Source: Amphiscolops sp. MND2022
Taxonomy: Eukaryota
DNA: 64,000 nt
Reading direction: 5' to 3'
Assembly (NCBI GenBank): GCA_964187785.1
Contig: OZ076409.1
Coordinates: forward strand, 63,428,001 to 63,492,000
Positions 50,208 to 62,917 of the stretch are shown here, piece by piece (positions within the stretch are counted from its first letter, which is position 1; the number at the start of each line of letters is the position of its first letter). The notes below the pieces were generated by a model. The model was not told where the DNA came from. It ran no database searches and saw only the letters and a list, made by a program, of their open reading frames with translations. The translations under genes and the position numbers were made by a program.

Positions 50208-50284
50208 CTGTAACATGACGATATCTGCAGAAAGGCGATCAATAATATGACCAGACTCAACTTCGTTGACTTGAAAGAGCCCAT
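50208..50284 (-). CDS. Secreted Tyr/Gly/Arg/Trp-rich peptide, exon 1 (signal peptide)
   Basis: aaagATGG start, MGSFKSTKLSLVILLIAFLQISSCY, donor CAG|GTTAAT (phase 2) matching exon 2. Confidence 0.88.
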
Positions 50285-50414
50285 CTTTGACTAATGATTT
50301 TTACTGACTGAGAAGATCACAAACACACATTGATTGGATTTGTCTTGGCTGGTACACCAGGTTGATGTTTGGTGCCTTGAAACGGCCAACTTATTCAAAA
50401 TCGATGTTGCTACG

Positions 50415-52335
50415 CGGTGAACAAAAAACGGAGCGCACAAATAGTTGCGATCTCAAAGTCGTATTATTTGTAAACAAGGTACTGTAAATCTTCAATTTTC
50501 TGTCAATCGTTTTGATTCAAGCTTTTATTACGTAATCACATCTTTAACTAAGGATAGTTCGATCCATCAGAAATAGGTGAACCGAAAAAAACGGAACGCA
50601 CAAATTTTTGCATCTTCGAAATCGTACTATTTATAAACAAGGCACTGCGAATCGTTCAAATTTTCTGCCAATCATTTCGATTGATGATCATATTACGTAA
50701 TCACATCTGCAACTAAACAGTTCGAACCATCAAAAACAGTCTAGACGTCTTGATCAGTCTTTTCGTACTCCTTTTAACATGTGAAAGTTTTTTGCGTCTG
50801 AGGAAAAATGGTAATTCCAATGATTGACAGCAGCGTTCAAAGTTGTTTTCAAACGTTTGTTGACAAGCATTTAAAACTTTGAGAGGTCAAAAACTTTTGT
50901 GTGTTCCGTTTTTTGGTTCACCTAGTAGACATCCCAACCAGTAACTTCGTACTCACTTTTAATGTTTGATAGCTTTTTGTTCGCTTCTAAGAAAAGATGC
51001 TGATTTGAATGATTGACAGCAGCGCAAAAAGTTGTTTCCAAACGTTTGTTGACAAATATTTGAAACTTCGAGAGCTCGAAAAGTTTCATGCGTTCCGTCT
51101 TTTTTGTTCAATTAGTAGATGACCAAAAAAGGGTTGACGCATTGATCAAATGTGCGCGAACAAACCATCGAAATGGATCTCAAAACGAAGTGAAGCAAGA
51201 AACACGGAACGCGCAAAATGTTCACGGTTCAAAATCGTAATATTTGTAAACAAGACACTGAAAATCTTTCCTTTTCTGTTAACCGTCCTCCTGTTACGTA
51301 ATGTGAATCTTTAACAAAGAATGATCCGAACCTTCCGAAAAAGTCTAGACCAATCATTTCGTTCACACTTTTAATGTGTGAAAGCTTCTTGGCTTCGAGG
51401 AAAAGTCGTCAATTTGAATAACTGGCAAGTTGAATTGGAATGTTCAAAGTTGTTTTGAAATGTTTGATGACAAATATTTGACGTCTTAAGAGTACAAATT
51501 TTTTATGCGTTTCGTTTTTTTTTGTTCACCCACCAAATTTTTTGAGATCTGAAAGTTCCAAATATTTTTCAACAAATGTTTCAATACAACACTGAACATT
51601 GCAGTTCAGCTTGTCAGTCATCTGATTTACGTCTCTTCGAAGCAAATAAACTTCCACACATCAAAAGTGTGAACGAAATGACTAGTAAAGACCTCTGGAC
51701 TTTTCTGAGTGAGTGTTCGGATCTTTTTTAGTCGGCGCTTTTCTTTAGAAAAGAGTCGACTATAGTCATGGCTTTTCGTCAGTGTTTTTTAAGACCACCT
51801 GAACTGACCAAAATAGTTCTACAAAAGTTCTACAAAATGTTATTGCACCAAATTGCACCATTTGGCCTAGCGAACTGAACCAGAAAGGTTTTTCCTGTTT
51901 TTCCGCGTAACATACCATACCGGGCGAAACCAAAGGGTCCCCCTTTCAGTTTTTTTTTGGCATTGTGAGACTTTTTTTCCAAAAAAAAATTTTCCCCAAA
52001 GGGTCTCCCCTTCACTGTTTTTGCTGTTTTGCGACAGAATGGATGTTGGAAAATCCCTTTCAGTTTTTTCGGCATTGTGAGATTTTTTTTCCAAAAAAAT
52101 TTTTCATGAAAGGGTCCCCAACTCACCAATACTTTGACATATTGAAGTCCTTTTTAGTATTTTTGAGCCTTATATATGGCGCCGACTTGGGCCGTTCCCG
52201 GCTTGTTTTGTTGAATATTGGATTACGTGATGGGAGATTGATTGACAGAGAAAGTTTTTCAATGTCTTGTTTACAAATATTACGATTTTGAAGAGTGAAT
52301 TTTTGTACGTTCCGTTTTTTGTGGTTCGCCTAGTA
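50415..52335. repeat. Cluster of related, diverged MITE-like units in both orientations
   Basis: Terminal motif ggtgaacc(a)nacggaacgcacaaa at about 50416, 50576 and 51190, and its reverse complement at about 50895, 51085, 51500 and 52300. Confidence 0.7.
51724..52207. mobile_element. HINE family A, complete copy
   Basis: ttttttAGTCGGCGCtt...gtcgacta at one end and GCGCCGACTtgg-GCCGttccCGGC-ttgtttt at the other, inserted in T-runs. Confidence 0.85.
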
Positions 52336-54102
52336 ATGCGTGTACCGTTTTTGTTTCGGGTAACCTTGGTTCACAAATATCAACTGATTCACGAATATCA
52401 CTTTTTTCAAGCAATCGAGTGAGCCAACTGTAAATTTTTTGACCACTCGAATTACAAAGTATTTTCAAGTTTATTCAAAACAGTTGAAATTCGCTGTCAA
52501 ACTTGCCAATAAACTGGTTCGCCAAAGTAATTGTCGATTTTGGTAAGGGACGTGTCGTTCAAAGGCAAAACATTCATCAAATCAAAGATCTTTCGAAATG
52601 TCTTTGGAATAAAATATCAAAGTTAATAGTTAGTTGATCAATAATTTCTGCTTACAATCCAATTACTGTTCGAGAAGTTATGAGAACCATGTTTTCGACC
52701 AATTTTAGCAAAAAATTTTCACGATTCATTGTTGTAGCCCTGAGTTTCCTCTAGAAGCTTTCAAGCTTTCCGATTTGATTTCCAATTGATTTTTTTATCA
52801 CAAATGAAGACAAACTACAGGAAAAGTTTAATCACAAATGAAACTTTGTTTCACCTAACTTTAATTCATGGGGCAAGATTTTCTGCTGGAGTTTTCAGGT
52901 GTGAAGTTTTGGTAGAAACGTCAATTGGAAACCTTCTAGAGGATACCCTAAATGATTATATCCTGAACTCTGCCACATTCGAAATCATTATAAATTTTGA
53001 TTTTGATTGTGAAGATTTTTTTCGGAAAATAAGTGAATTACAATACAAATCAGATCTTTCCTCATTGATACATCAAAAATTGACAGTAAAAGTTGATTTT
53101 TTGTTGAATGTTTAATGATTGGTCATCCTGAGAAGCCTTGAAACTTCGTGTTTGAAATATTTATTACGTACTACCATATTCACTTTGGGTGGCTGACAGT
53201 AAAACGACAAACGTTCTGTCGCCCCTTTAAAAGATTCAGAGACTAATAAAGTTTCCCCGGTGCACGCCTAGTACTGGGAGACCCGCAAAACGCGGCACAC
53301 TTCAAACGTTCTCAAATTTGACGATACAAACATTTTTCAACAAGAAGTCGAAATTTCTGCAAGTTTCATTTTGTCACTTGTGAATCCCTTAGAACAAAAT
53401 CAATTTCGAAGACAACATATAATTAATTTTCATGTTTTTTTGTCTTAAACTTTTGTCTTTTCGGCCGTACAAATTCATTTACTTCTATCTTTTGAACGGC
53501 AGTAAGAACTTACCACAACATACTCACGAAAACTTGAAAAAAATTGTAACCTTGTTTTTTGGAGGCAACACACTATAAAAGCAAAAGGGGGAAGTTTCGG
53601 AGACCAAAAAGGGCTACCAAAACTTTACCGATGTATAATGCCAAGATATGCCAGTTACGTCCATCAGAAACAAAGAAAGAACCTGTGTCAAGTAGCGCGT
53701 AAATAAGGTACAAGTGAACAGTAGCTCCAGTGGGCAACCCCACCCGAGGTGCAGCGACACCAACGGAGCAAATTGAGGAAGACATCGTCAAGAACTTAAC
53801 CGCGTTTTCCAAAATGTCATGATATCTCACGCGAAAAAGAATCAAGAAGAACCCGGGTTGACACCCCAAACGTAGATCAAATATTTCGGGGTCCGTCAAA
53901 TCTAGGCCGAGAAGTAACAGATATCGTAATCTGACACAGATATGGCCCCATACGAAGAAATTTAGACAAGACGTCCGCTGAGCAACGGGATATTTCCCGC
54001 TTCAACTGAGCCATAGATATTTTAGTTACTTGACTATTTTAGTTACTATTAACTAAAATAGTCAAGTGCATTGAGATCGTGGAGATTTGGCAGAATTTGG
54101 AA

Positions 54103-54590
54103 AACAAGACGAGAACGTCTAAAGTCGGCGCCATATCTAAGGCTCAAAAAGCGTAAAACACTTTTTTTGGAAAAAAATTGAAATTTTTGAAAATTTTTCT
54201 CTCAAAAGAAGTTGCATAGTGCCGAAAAATGTAAAAGGGGGGACCCTTCTGGATTTATTAACAAACATTCCGTTGCAAAATATCAAAAAACTCAAAGGGG
54301 GGACTCTTTGGGGACATTAAAAAATTTTCGAAAAAAAGTCGCACAGTTCCGAAAAAAATCCAAAAGGGGACCCTTTGGGCACGTCCGGTTTTGTATGTTT
54401 CCTTGAAAAAGTAAAAAATGAAAGGGGGGACCCTTTGGAGTAAAGTTTGCCTTGGGCGGACTTGGCCTCAGGTGCTCTGGGCAGAATTGTGAAAAGTGGA
54501 CCGATCAGTGTGAGGATTGTAGTCTGAAGAAAAAAAAAGGTCACTGCTATAGTCGGGCATTTTTCCTTAAAAGGAAAACGCGCCGACTAA
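54103..54590. mobile_element. HINE family A, complete copy
   Basis: aacaagacgagaacgtctaaagtcggcgcc ... tagtcgggcatttttccttaaaaggaaaacgcgccgactaa. Confidence 0.85.
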
Positions 54591-55365
54591 AAACGCTACA
54601 CAGATTATGATTTTCTTCCCCCATTATATGTAGGCGGAAAATGGCAGTCACTGGCAACTAAAACTTCATTTGATTCGTATTGCTTTGTATTTTGTATCTT
54701 GCTTAGTATTTCTTGTATGGTTAGTATTTTGTATAAAATTTCGCCGTCCATAGGCACCTTTCACAGCTCAATACTACCTGCAGATGCATTGGTGACCTGC
54801 AAAGTGGCGATTCCCAGCCAAATCATTTCATATGCGAAAATGTCCAGAACATTACTAAAACGTATCCCTAGTTAATAGCAATTACTAAAATCAGAAACAT
54901 GTTCCCACAACACTACAGCAACAGTAGTTTATCAACACCTCTACCGACGCAGAAGGTCGATACATGCCAAACTTCATTGGCCAAAACGAAACCAATGTCG
55001 TAAATGGGCTTCTCAAACTTGAACAACCACTCTTCGACTGAAATGTATAAAAGTCCGTGTGAAACAAGACTATCGTCCAGAGGACAAATTCCAATTTCCA
55101 GGCGTTGCTTCGTCTCTATCAGGTCTGGGCGAGAGATTTCTTAACGACAGAAACCTCTGGGGTAACCAAAACTTTGAAACGAGAGCAATTAAAACTTTCA
55201 GTGTTACCATATCCATCCCCTCATCATTCTTCTAACAGTCCAATGAAAAACCAGTTTTGTTGTTGGGGAGTTGTGCTATTCCTCACACTTGTATTCACGA
55301 CAAAAAAGCTTTTTCTAATGTCTTGTTTCTATCTCAACGTTGACTTCACCTGAACTTGCTATGTT

Positions 55366-57570
55366 TGTAACGATATAAAAGTGACGGGTACTAAAGATGG
55401 TATATGAGTTCAAGTCTGTAGTTTAGAGTTCGTCCTCTAACTACACTTCATTCTCCATTGTGAATGGCCAGCGGCTGTCATTGTTTTGTGTGGCAATCTT
55501 CCGTCCTTTGCTGCTCGAATTGTTCGTCAACCAGAGCCGTTGACTAGTGTTGATCGGTTTCCCGGACGCCTGTTGACCACAGGATCGCTTGTTGGGGTCG
55601 AACTGGTCTAATGATCACTGCATTCGTCAATTTCCAGGTCAACGTCGCTGCATTTAATCTTTTGACGGCTTTGTCTGTACTCTTTTGATGCCGGGACATT
55701 TATCATAACAGTTTTATTAAAGCGCTTTGATCTGCGCAAATGATCTAGTTTTGTTTTCTAGAACATTTTCATATTAATTTCCGCCCCCACAAATTTAACT
55801 GTGAATAGTGGAGGAAAATCATAATTGGTGTTGCGTCTTTTTTTAACAATTCTGCCAAGTCTCCACTATCTCCATCCACTTCAGTTAATACCTAATTTAG
55901 TTACTTTGGCTCAGTTGGTAGTGCGTCTACCGGCAGACACGAGGTCGTTGGTTCGAACCCGAGCTTAGTCGTTACATTTTAGGCAGAAAATAACCCGGTG
56001 CTTAGCGGGCGTCTTGTTTCAGCTTAGACTGTTTACTTTTTATAGATCAGAGTCTCCTAGGTTATATTTTTTGCCTCTACTGGTGCGAGACGGAATCTCT
56101 AAGCAACACATCGTTTTAGTCCTTTATTTTGAATTTGTTCTATTTCTGCGCCTAGCGTCTCCGGAGACACGGTCTATCTCCTTGTCTGCCGTATTGGTGT
56201 TCACGATTATTTGTAGACCGATGCTGTTTTCTGTCTGGTCGGTTTGTCTCAGTGATCGTTGGGGAAATCCGAAGCTTTGCCGAGTTCTGATTAGCTTCGT
56301 GCGTCTTCTTACGCGTCCTCCAGTACTCACAGTTCTGGTGTTTTGTTCTGGCAGTGCGTTGCCATTGTTTTCCTTGGTGAGGCTGTTGACGTGGACATGA
56401 CATTCCATAGTTGCTATGGGGCTCTAGGTGTGGGAGTCTTGTGGTCGGCTTCGCTGGTGATTTGATAAATCGGTCATCCTGTCTATGTCAGCCAGTCGCT
56501 TTCGTGTTTGGTTCATGTTCAAAGTAGTCAGACCTTGGTTAAAAATTAGGTTTCTTGTGTGTTATTTTGCTATAAACATGTTAAATGTAAGTTCAGTGCC
56601 CGATACCTCTATTTGTAAATTATCGGAAAATGCACAACTTACAGTTTTGGTTCATGAAATTTTTGAAGAAAAGAAAGGATATTGTCAGAAGCTGACATTT
56701 TAGTAGGTTTTCTTTCAGACTTCTCAAACCTGCGCTTGATTAACTCCGATCGAGTATGTAAATACCGTGTTCCGTGTTCTTGTTTTATGCATTGTTGTAG
56801 GCAAACTTCTTTGAATGAATTGTTGTAGTGTCAGTTTTAACTGTTTTTTGTTGTGATGCCATGTACTTGAGAGTATTGTTCGAGGAGGTTTGCCTATGTT
56901 CGGACGTCGGTGGTTCCACAAAGATTGCTACTTACGAAGCTGTTCCATCGATAGTAAGAAATAAAAGTTCCGGTTGTCTTTTGTGTTTGGTCTGATGGAA
57001 TCTAATTGGATTTCCTAGTTCGGGCTGTTTCTTGTTGGTAAGTGTTTTTCTGCACAAAGTTCATTGAGTTTAACTATCTTACCTGACATTTTACAGGGGT
57101 GAAAGAGTCGCATTCTTTCATTATCGAATCTATGATTTTTGGCCACCAGAATTGACCTGCTGCAAAGAAAAATTTGTTAGTGCCTGGGAATACTTCCTTT
57201 AGAGTATTGAATAATGTCGTTCTAAGGTTTTTTAAAACCCAATCGGAAATCCGATCGTAAAAAAAGGCTTGAGAGTTTCTTTTCGTAAGGTAAGGCATCC
57301 TCGGGTATGTTGCTGTGTTGTTGTATCTCGAGAACAGTCAGTGTTTTCAGGAGGGTGGACTCGTTCGTCATCTCCGTCACCAACAGCTGAACATTGGTGG
57401 AGCGATTTTTTGCTGTTCGTTTACAGCGTTGCCAAAGAGGTAAATTGCCGAACGGGTCACTTGGCTTAATCTCATTTTGCATAAAGTCATTTGGCTTGAA
57501 ACATTTGGTCATTTGGCTTTTTTGTTGAATACCATTTGGCCGGAAATCACCAAGAGCAAAAAGCAAAAAG
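55366..57570 (-). mobile_element. Decayed Gypsy integrase region and 3' end
   Basis: Minus-strand remnants FWWPKI (integrase HHCC region) and LEQYSQVHGI...FKEVCLQQCIKQEHGTRYLHT (integrase core). Boundaries approximate. Confidence 0.6.
55900..56012 (+). mobile_element. Short tRNA-derived SINE or tRNA-like head
   Basis: A-box TGGCTCAGTTGG (55907) and B-box GGTTCGAACCC (55950), with no clean acceptor stem. Confidence 0.6.
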
Positions 57571-58249
57571 CGTGACTGGTTGTCGAAATTGCTTCTACAA
57601 CGTAGTCAGCTATTTTCAGATACTTCTAACGCCCTAAACAGGAGCGAAGCGAAGTGCCCAATGACCATTTTTTGATTTTGCTACTTGGCGAATAGGGCGA
57701 AGCCACCGAGCCATACAACAAAAAAGCTGAACATTTCAAAATTTGTTTCGTTTGTTAAAAATTTCAGTAAAAATTCAATGCAGTTTTGGTTTTTTTAGGA
57801 TGTTCTTAAACATTGCTTGAGTTAGAATGGACATGCCGTAATTTTGTTGTCATTTGGAATAAAAACATAGAGCCAAAAGACTGGAGAAAAAAATAAGGCT
57901 AAATGACTTTAGGCCAAATGATTTGTAACCGCCGAGGTCCCAGTTTTTTCCCGAGTGGTTCATTCTCCATTAGTGTCACACTTTCCTTTACCGGATCGTT
58001 CTGACGTCCACAAGGTTGACCCAGTTCCTTGTCAGGACTTACATCGTTGTTGTCGTCGTTGTTGTTGTTGTCGCAGGGAGGCATAACTTATCATGGGTAA
58101 GATCAAAGATTTGTGGAAACATAATTTTGGATGAGCAAAAGTCCTTGGTGAAGTGTTTCGTTTAACCCAAAAAGTCGGCCTTACAACCGTACAACCTTAC
58201 TCAATTTGTTTTTTAATGTGAGTACTTCAGATCAGATCATTTACGACAT

Positions 58250-61060
58250 TAAGTCCCAAGATATCTCATCATTTCTATTCGTTCAATAAATTCATGGTTC
58301 AAGGTTCAAGACAAACGTTGGGTTATCGCCACGGAACTGTAGAAAGCCGTTCTTGGGTCATTGGCAGAGTTCATTCCATTGTCTTTGCTACATTGTTCAA
58401 GATGCTTCATATCCAGGTAAAGTTTTACATTGCCACTAGTTGTGGTGATGAGTTTTAAGTCGTCAGCAAACAGGAGAGTGTGAGAGTACCAAAAACTCCT
58501 GTCAGGTCGTTTATAAAAATGTAAATTAAAAGAGGCCCAATGAATGATCCATGTGGTACACCACTTGTTATTTTAGCGTTGATGATTGGATGTTCCCTAT
58601 TCGGACGAAGTGTTTACGATCTTTCAAGATATTTTCTAATATTTTTAGGAAAAAATCACCGACGCCACTTTGTCGAAAAACTTGGCGAAGTCTATGTAGG
58701 AAGCTCTTGTGACAGTTGTAGTGTTCTTATCCAGTGTCTCATGATTAGAATGGCGATAGAGCAGAATGCTTGTTAGTACAGACTTTCCTCCTGATCAATC
58801 CATTATGAGAATTTGTTAGATGGTTCACGAAAAGTTCATTCAGGGGTTTAGACATACATCTCTCAAGTGCTTTGCTCAAAAAATACAGACGTGTAACTGG
58901 TCTGTAGTTTTCCGACAAAATGATTTTCTTCTTTCTTGCGAATGTGTAAAACAGAAATACTGTTCCACACATCTGGTATCGTCGTTGTTCGCTTGATCGC
59001 TTTAGAGTTCAAATGCAGGGCATGACTACTTGGTTTTGCCAATTTTCGGAAAAATACATGAGGTATCCCTTCAGTTTCTCTAGCTTTGGTAGTAGCTGCA
59101 TTCTGAAGAATCATACTGACAGATTTCTTTGAAATGAATATTTTTGTGAGTGTAGGCTCGTCTTCGTGTTTCGGATTTAAAACTTTTGACTTTGCAGGAG
59201 AGTTGAGAAAATACACCGATTTGAAGTATCGGTTGAATAGCGCAACTTCTTCCTGAACATTCGGGGAAGATTCCTCACCAAGAATCAGTTCATCAGTTTT
59301 ATTCATAAACTTGAAATGTTTGAATAGGATATTCGTCTTTCTGTCCAAAAAGAGTACTTTTTGGTGAACTGATGTGTCACGGTCTGCTACTGATAAAGAC
59401 TTTTCCAGCTCCTTTATTTTCTGTTTTCTGTATGAGGTCGTTTTTGCGTTGTGCTGCCCACGCTAAGTTTGAGGGCGTTTCAAATGTTTGGAGGTGTTCA
59501 AGGAGTACCGAATTGGTGAACTCTGTCGATGTCTTGTTCTTCTTCGTACGAATTGATCTAAAAACTGTTACAGTACTCAGTATATTCAACATTAATGCTG
59601 TTGACGTTGTTGTGAAGCACTGGTTGAAATGGGTGTAATTATATTTGCTCTTGAATGGCATCGTAATCCGTTGATCCATTTTTGAACTTGTCCATTTTTT
59701 GAACTTGTAGTGATATTCAATTTTGGTTTTCTCATTGATAAATTCAAGTTCTTTTCCATCGCTAATGGCTTGTAGTTAGAGATGTAATAATTGTTCTCAA
59801 GACTAGTGTCCACAAAAGTTGTTTACGCTGACATTATGGGCATAGACTACGTCTAGGGTGCTTCTGCCTCATATGGAAACATATACAATCTGTTCAGCGT
59901 TAAGGTGGTCTAATATTTTTAGCCTACCGTTTTCTTCCAAATCTGTGCTCTGATTTGTGTTCCAATTAGTGTGGGAAAATTGATATCACCGCATAGTATG
60001 AACGACGTTTGCTTGTGAAGAAGCAAAGAGTTAGTCAAAGAAGTGAAATCGGCACTTGTGTATCTGTGTGGATTCTTTTTGGAGGATTCAAAAAGTGCAT
60101 GTAACAAATGGCGTTTCTAATTGAACAAGTACTGCCAGGCAACAGATTGGAAGATTGATGTTTCATTTTGTAGACGGAATGTAATTCTTGATAGCAATTA
60201 GTACTAAGCCATGATTTGACGCACCGGTTTTTGTGGGCGCTCCCTCGTTACGAATTGTCTTGAAGTTTTGAGGTATTTTTCAGCAACCAATATTTTTCCA
60301 ACCACCCATATTCCTGTCAAGCACAGTGCCACGAAAGGTCTCCATACTAGTCGCAGTTGCTAATTTCATTCTTTTTTCAGTAGCGATCAAATATCTTGTG
60401 TTAAGTAGCTGACAATGTCGTATTACTAATCGAGCAGTCTCTGCCAACTGAATGCCTTCCAATTCAACTTTTTTGTCTTCCATAAATATTCGAAGTTCCA
60501 CTAAACTGCGATGGCAGAGTGCCGTTATTCAATAATTTTCGCTGTTGGTTCAGACACAAACTTTCCCGTTTAGCGATTTCAGCGGCAAGTGCAAGAAGAA
60601 TTTGTATGCCCTTCTCTTTCTTTTTTGTTGTCTCAGAGCTCTTGGCCAGAGCGATTTGTAAAACCCAAATGTTGCTCAGTGTGACATTTGTGTTTGCAGG
60701 AGTACTTCGTAGTCTCTGAACTTTGTCCCTTTTGACTTGTTTCAATGTTCACGTATTTCAGTATTAACAACGTCTTAAAAACGATTTTTGCAATTTTCAA
60801 AAGCAGTTGTGACACTAGTCTGTCGAGTTGTTTTTCATTCATGTTTTTAATACACTGGTTGGTGTCCAATGTTTCAATTTGTTTTTACTTTCGACACAGT
60901 CGTCGCAGAACAAGATGACACGACCAAGGTCTTTTAGCCTAATTATTGCAACAATTGATAGACCTGTGAGGTGGTAATCATTTTTGGTTCACATGCAACA
61001 TTGCGATCGACGAGGGTTTTTGAGCTGGTGTTTGTTACGCATGTTTTACGGTGGGACATT
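58250..61060 (-). mobile_element. Decayed CR1/L2-type LINE: PHD-like ORF1, AP endonuclease and RT
   Basis: ORF1 remnants QCCM...YHLT...ILFCDDC (about 61010-60890) and RKLLNNG...LRIF. APE remnants HGLVLIAIK and FILCGDINFP. RT remnants ENYRPVTRL..LSKALER, SGVPHGSFIGPLL and LFADDLK. Many stops and frameshifts. Confidence 0.85.
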
Positions 61061-61179
61061 TGAAGGGTCAGTGTAAGGAGCTACTGTGCAAATTCACCGA
61101 GCAACTTACGCGAGAGTGAACCCAGAGCGACGCCCCAAAGTACAGAAAAGTAAAAGCTATTGGACTTACTTTTGTGGTC

Positions 61180-61757
61180 TCAATCGATATAATGCTGCTC
61201 ATCCCTTCTTTTCATTCGAAACTTCCTTCCAACTTTTGATCTTTTCCGTCCAGCTGGTGAATTTGTTTTCGGATAACTTTTGATGGTTTTAAGGAGACGT
61301 GTCTGGGATTCAGCTGAGGGATGTAGTTCTCAAAGATCTGCAAGAACAACGGGATTGTTTTTTCCTCTTCGCTGTCAAATGTTCCCTTACTTGAGAAATT
61401 CCGCACCTATGTCCGTTGTCGAGGTGCAACCAAACTTCCGCTGACAAAGAACCATACCGACGCCGAAATTAGATTTCTGATAGGAGTTCATCCAAGTCTG
61501 CAACTGTGCAAGGGGTATTGTTGTTCGATGAAAGGGGAAAGAGGAAATATTTGATGAAGTCGTGCACGATAAGGAGTTTATGGTTTCTCAATCTTCCTTT
61601 TAGTAGATTGAAGGAATTCATAGCGACTCTTGGCGTTGGGGTTCACGGATAATCCACATTTGACTGCTATGAGCTGGTTTTCTACAGATCGTAGTTGGCT
61701 GCTTCTTTTGTCCTTCAGGGCTCTGAACAAGACACTGGCTGTTACGATATTGTTCAT
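61180..61757 (-). pseudogene. Frameshifted homologue of BEL ORF0 directly upstream of LINE ORF1
   Basis: Stitched translation MNNIVTASVLFRAL...CGLSVNPNAK / NLLKGRLRNHKLLIVHDFI...SNNNTPCTVADLDELL / GMVLCQR / VREHLTAKRKK / NPVVLADL*ELHPSAE...GRKRSKVGRK is colinear with 32620-33234. Confidence 0.8.
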
Positions 61758-62917
61758 AGTTCTGTCTCAAAAGTCCTCTCACAAGAGGCCTTCCACACAG
61801 AACATCATCTTTCCACATTAAACTTATCGATAATGACATGACGCCTTTTGACGCCCACGGGATGAAACTTGTTTATCGCCAGGACTGGCTTCCGGCGATA
61901 GCGTCGAATTTTGACACGTCGATATCCTAACGTCAAATCATTAGAGTCGAAGAACAACGTCGAATCTATTCGAACAGCCATTGTCGAACTATTGTGGAAT
62001 TTATGTCGAATTTCAGTCGAATTAAGGTTTTAGGTTCAAAAAAAATTTTAGGTACTTTTTCCCCACCAAATAAGGGTTCATATACTGTGTATGCACGCTC
62101 ACCCTCACTGTCGCATAGTCCAGCTTCCACTACGATCGCTTCGCGATCTCCGTTCTCGCTAGGTCTTTGCTCCTCTTCGACATCGCTTAGCATGATGGGG
62201 ACATCAGCGGCCCCAAGGGGCCGCGGGGCACTAGATGAAATAGGGGCATATCTGACGGCCAAAACATTGTTTGATCATTTTACATTTGCACATTTGCAAT
62301 GGCATCGACGCAATTACTTCGACAAAAGTTTTTCGGCCATGGGACTTCGACGCTAGGACGAAGCTTCAAATTCGACTATAGGAATTCGACCGTATTATGG
62401 TTCCCTGCCAGGACTGACATTGCCAACAGGTCTTTGTTGATGTCGAAGAACGCTTCTCATTACTTCTCGAAGTGGGTTGTTATATGCATACACGACCGAT
62501 GTTTTGGATGTATCCGGTCTGTCTTCTGATGGTCTTTGTGGTGAGGGTCTTCTTGATTTTTAGAAGGGAGCAACCGTCCAATGTTCGGACCGTCGTGTTT
62601 GAACCTGGTAGACTTCGAGTTGGTATTGTAGTCTTTCTTGTTGAGTCGTCTCGGGCTATTTTCAATTTGGATGTTCATATTAGTTTCTTGTTGTTCATTA
62701 GAATTGAATTCCCATAGAGCATTGAATTGAAAAGTAAAAGCGATGGGAAAAATTGACGTCCTACTCGGCCTTAATTATACGTCGCTCCTTGTTACTCCGG
62801 CTGTTAGGGCACTAGAAATATGTGATTTTGGAAGGTTTCATTGTGATGACTTCCAAACCGCGTTAAAAGACGTTGAAAATGTCAGAAGCGTACTTCAGTT
62901 TGTGCATGTTTAAAATT

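Noticed and set aside
53573..53990. GC-richer segment with ORFs on both strands
   Set aside because: No recognisable domain or consistent splice signals.
55900..55975. tRNA gene
   Set aside because: A and B boxes are present but no convincing acceptor or anticodon stems; better read as a SINE head.
61800..62700. Additional upstream ORF of the LINE-like element
   Set aside because: Fragmented minus-strand frames with no identifiable homology; membership in the element is unproven.
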